From: Naegleria gruberi
Lineage: Eukaryota
Strand: one strand, 5' to 3'
Assembly (NCBI GenBank): GCA_000004985.1
Contig: GG738853.1
DNA: 64,000 nucleotides
The translations under genes and the position numbers were made by a program. Below are positions 61,784 through 64,000 of the stretch, piece after piece (the first letter of the stretch is position 1; every line of letters begins with the position of its first letter). The notes beneath the pieces are model-generated. The model made no database searches and was not told the DNA's origin. It worked only from the letters and a program-made list of their open reading frames with translations.

Positions 61784-63931
61784 ATGTTAACTGTTCGACT
61801 TCCCAAGGAGCCGACAGTTGACTTTAATCAAATTCGTGATGATTTAATTAAATCTGATGAATATCTTTGCTCTGGAAATTTACAAGATTACGTTCTGACA
61901 AAATATCAAAATTGTGAAGAGTTTGTTCGTGAATGGATTATTGAAGATTTGCAAAACAAGAAGAAAAATGTTTATTCGAAACATGAAGAAATTATCAAGT
62001 TGAAAGAACTCCATGATGATTTAAAATATGAAATTATTCAATTCATTCCGACATGTTCATCCACTTTCAAAGACGAAACTTCTCCCCTATTCGACACTCA
62101 ACTAATCACCCTTCACAAAATGAGACTAATCTCCAAAAAATTCAATTCAATAATGATTCACAGAATTCTCACTCTTTCTCACATGGAAATTGATTTATCT
62201 CACCCATTAACAAAATCACATTTTTACAATTTGTTAAATGCTCAAGCTGAGTACAAATTAGAACAAAATAATTTCAATTCTCAAGAATTACTCTTAATCA
62301 AAAATCAATTGGAACAAGAAACAAATCGAACCATGGGTTTAGGTTTTCAATCTCCATTGAGTTTTGAAAATTATCCTGCATTGCCCTTTACACGTGAAGA
62401 ATTGAAAGAATATAAGAAAGCACTCTGCCAAACATTCAAGAAACCAATTAATAATAATAATAGGGTTGAACGTTACAAAATTAAGAATGTTAATACTACA
62501 ATTGAGAGTCTGGTTGTGGAAATAAGTATGAATCAATTATCATCTATCGAACAACATGGTGATGAATTTTCATCCATTGCTGATAATTGCAAACATTTGA
62601 AAAAGCTCTATGTAGTTTCTGATAGATTTAGCGTACCTGATGATTGGACAGTATTTGAATCTTTGGAGGAAATACATTTTTGCAGTAGCGTTTCAGTACT
62701 TGATTTGAATTCTGAAAATGTAAAGAGTTTTTTGAATTTCCTATTTTCTGAATGCCCAAAACTCCACTCCATTACATTTTCTCCTTTCATCCAAAACTAT
62801 CCAATTTCTAAACTTGAGAAGTATTTAAACCCCCAAAGATGGCATAATCGCAGCTTTAAAAAGATGAATATTTTCATTAAGGAAGAGAATGGTGAGAATA
62901 CTCTAGTCAAATCATTCGACAGCCCTTCAGAATATTTAAAAAAAGAGGTCAGCATCTTTCTATCGTCCAAGTCATCACACTTAAGCAAGAATGTTTTCAG
63001 AGAATTGGAGAAAATCTATGGTAATTCATTTATAAGAAAACAATTTCCAGGAATGCTTTTTTCATCCTTTTTGGATCCATCCTCATTTGAAGAATTGAGA
63101 AAGTTTAGAGATTTGTGTGATTATGCTTTCAAAGAAAGATGTATCCCAATTCAATATTTGGATTTGTTGAATTTTTGCACTACTTGTTTTATACAACCTT
63201 TCATGATTCAGTATATTTGCTATCTATGCAATGAATATCAAGAGTCTCGATTATTTGTCATAGAATTGATGCAAGATACGCATATGAATACCTTTTCACA
63301 TGCTTTGAGATTCATTAATTTTGGATGGGATTTTAGAAAGCCAAAGGCACTTAATAACCTAGTTCAATTATTTACTAATGTTGATACAATCATACCCATT
63401 CTTGATAACTTCCCAATCAATGATGAAACCCTATTGAGATTATTAAGAAAGTTTATCATTGGTTCATTTGGCTCAGTTTATCAACATGAACATCAGGACC
63501 AAATTAATCTTTTCATTTGTCATCTTCTTTCTCATAATCCAAGAAGGCTTTGTGAATATTTGGTTGAAGAAAGAATCCATTTCACATTGCTATCCAAACC
63601 ATGCAGTATTCCATTACTTGCTGCCTTGTTCTATACCCGCACCTCTCACTTCCTTTATGCCATTATTAAGGAAATGGATCAAGACATATTCAACAGATTG
63701 GGTGTGAACGAAAGAGGAGATTCCATTCTTCATCTCCTTTTATATTTGAGAGATGATTCCTTTTCTTTGGATTATAGTCTATTGTGTGAAATTGTAAAAA
63801 AGAATTCAAATTTGTTGAACTTGGAAAATGCCAAATCCCAAACACCTCTCCAAATCATGACGAAAACAGAACAAACAGCAAAATTGGTCTTGAAGGAACT
63901 CAAACGTACTATTAAGGATGTGAAATTTTAA
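61784..63931 (+). CDS. Hypothetical protein (715 aa)
   Basis: Seen: a long ATG ORF with typical codon usage and no recognised catalytic motif. It is divergently transcribed from the RhoGEF gene across a ~680-bp intergenic region. Confidence 0.4.
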   Translation: MLTVRLPKEPTVDFNQIRDDLIKSDEYLCSGNLQDYVLTKYQNCEEFVREWIIEDLQNKKKNVYSKHEEIIKLKELHDDLKYEIIQFIPTCSSTFKDETSPLFDTQLITLHKMRLISKKFNSIMIHRILTLSHMEIDLSHPLTKSHFYNLLNAQAEYKLEQNNFNSQELLLIKNQLEQETNRTMGLGFQSPLSFENYPALPFTREELKEYKKALCQTFKKPINNNNRVERYKIKNVNTTIESLVVEISMNQLSSIEQHGDEFSSIADNCKHLKKLYVVSDRFSVPDDWTVFESLEEIHFCSSVSVLDLNSENVKSFLNFLFSECPKLHSITFSPFIQNYPISKLEKYLNPQRWHNRSFKKMNIFIKEENGENTLVKSFDSPSEYLKKEVSIFLSSKSSHLSKNVFRELEKIYGNSFIRKQFPGMLFSSFLDPSSFEELRKFRDLCDYAFKERCIPIQYLDLLNFCTTCFIQPFMIQYICYLCNEYQESRLFVIELMQDTHMNTFSHALRFINFGWDFRKPKALNNLVQLFTNVDTIIPILDNFPINDETLLRLLRKFIIGSFGSVYQHEHQDQINLFICHLLSHNPRRLCEYLVEERIHFTLLSKPCSIPLLAALFYTRTSHFLYAIIKEMDQDIFNRLGVNERGDSILHLLLYLRDDSFSLDYSLLCEIVKKNSNLLNLENAKSQTPLQIMTKTEQTAKLVLKELKRTIKDVKF

Positions 63932-64000
63932 GTCAATTATTTAATTTTGTAAAATGTTTTAGAGATTTTATTCTCACAACAATTCAAATGATGATTCCTA

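Noticed and set aside
1-64000. Search for mobile elements, CRISPR arrays and prokaryotic defence-type operons
   Set aside because: No ORF shows reverse-transcriptase, integrase, transposase or Cas motifs. There are no direct-repeat/spacer arrays and no long terminal repeats. All genes are monocistronic with eukaryotic introns. The window is ordinary gene-dense eukaryotic chromosome, not an accessory island.

Overview
This 64 kb window is nuclear DNA from an AT-rich (~65% A+T) unicellular eukaryote, gene-dense with small AT-rich GT-AG (mostly GTAAGT) introns and no bacterial-style operons. Actin divergence, a 5S rRNA resembling dictyostelid 5S, and the gene repertoire (many RhoGEFs, G-alpha subunits, RNI-type LRR proteins, an ABCG half-transporter, a SHAQKYF-Myb, Asn/Gln/Ser-rich low-complexity proteins) suggest a free-living amoeboid protist, Amoebozoa- or Heterolobosea-like. 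I cannot name the species from sequence alone.

I call about 40 protein-coding genes on both strands, one dispersed 5S rRNA gene with a T8 Pol III terminator, two same-strand tRNA-Ser isoacceptor genes, a triplicated ~240-bp coding tandem repeat, and a perfect 24-bp GC-rich palindrome. I found no transposon, reverse-transcriptase, integrase or CRISPR signal.

The window contains several pseudoenzymes (predicted catalytically dead paralogues) and unusual signalling architectures:
- a CK2-alpha-like protein with both catalytic aspartates replaced (HRD to HRN, DWG to SWG);
- a divergent G-alpha in which the guanine-specificity NKxD motif is THAD, 20 kb from a canonical G-alpha whose switch-II motif is split across 15-nt and 21-nt micro-exons;
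- a 2062-aa protein combining IQ repeats, LRR, RGS, DH and PH domains;
- an NHL-propeller/EGF receptor serine/threonine kinase;
- a truncated eIF4A-like half-helicase with DEAD replaced by DDID;
- a possible inactive rhomboid.

There is also a run of intron-poor, prokaryote-like enzyme genes. Among them is a bacterial GalU-type UDP-glucose pyrophosphorylase that looks like a horizontal-transfer candidate.

All calls rest on reading the translated ORFs and manual splice-site inspection. Coordinates of manually derived exon junctions may be off by a nucleotide.
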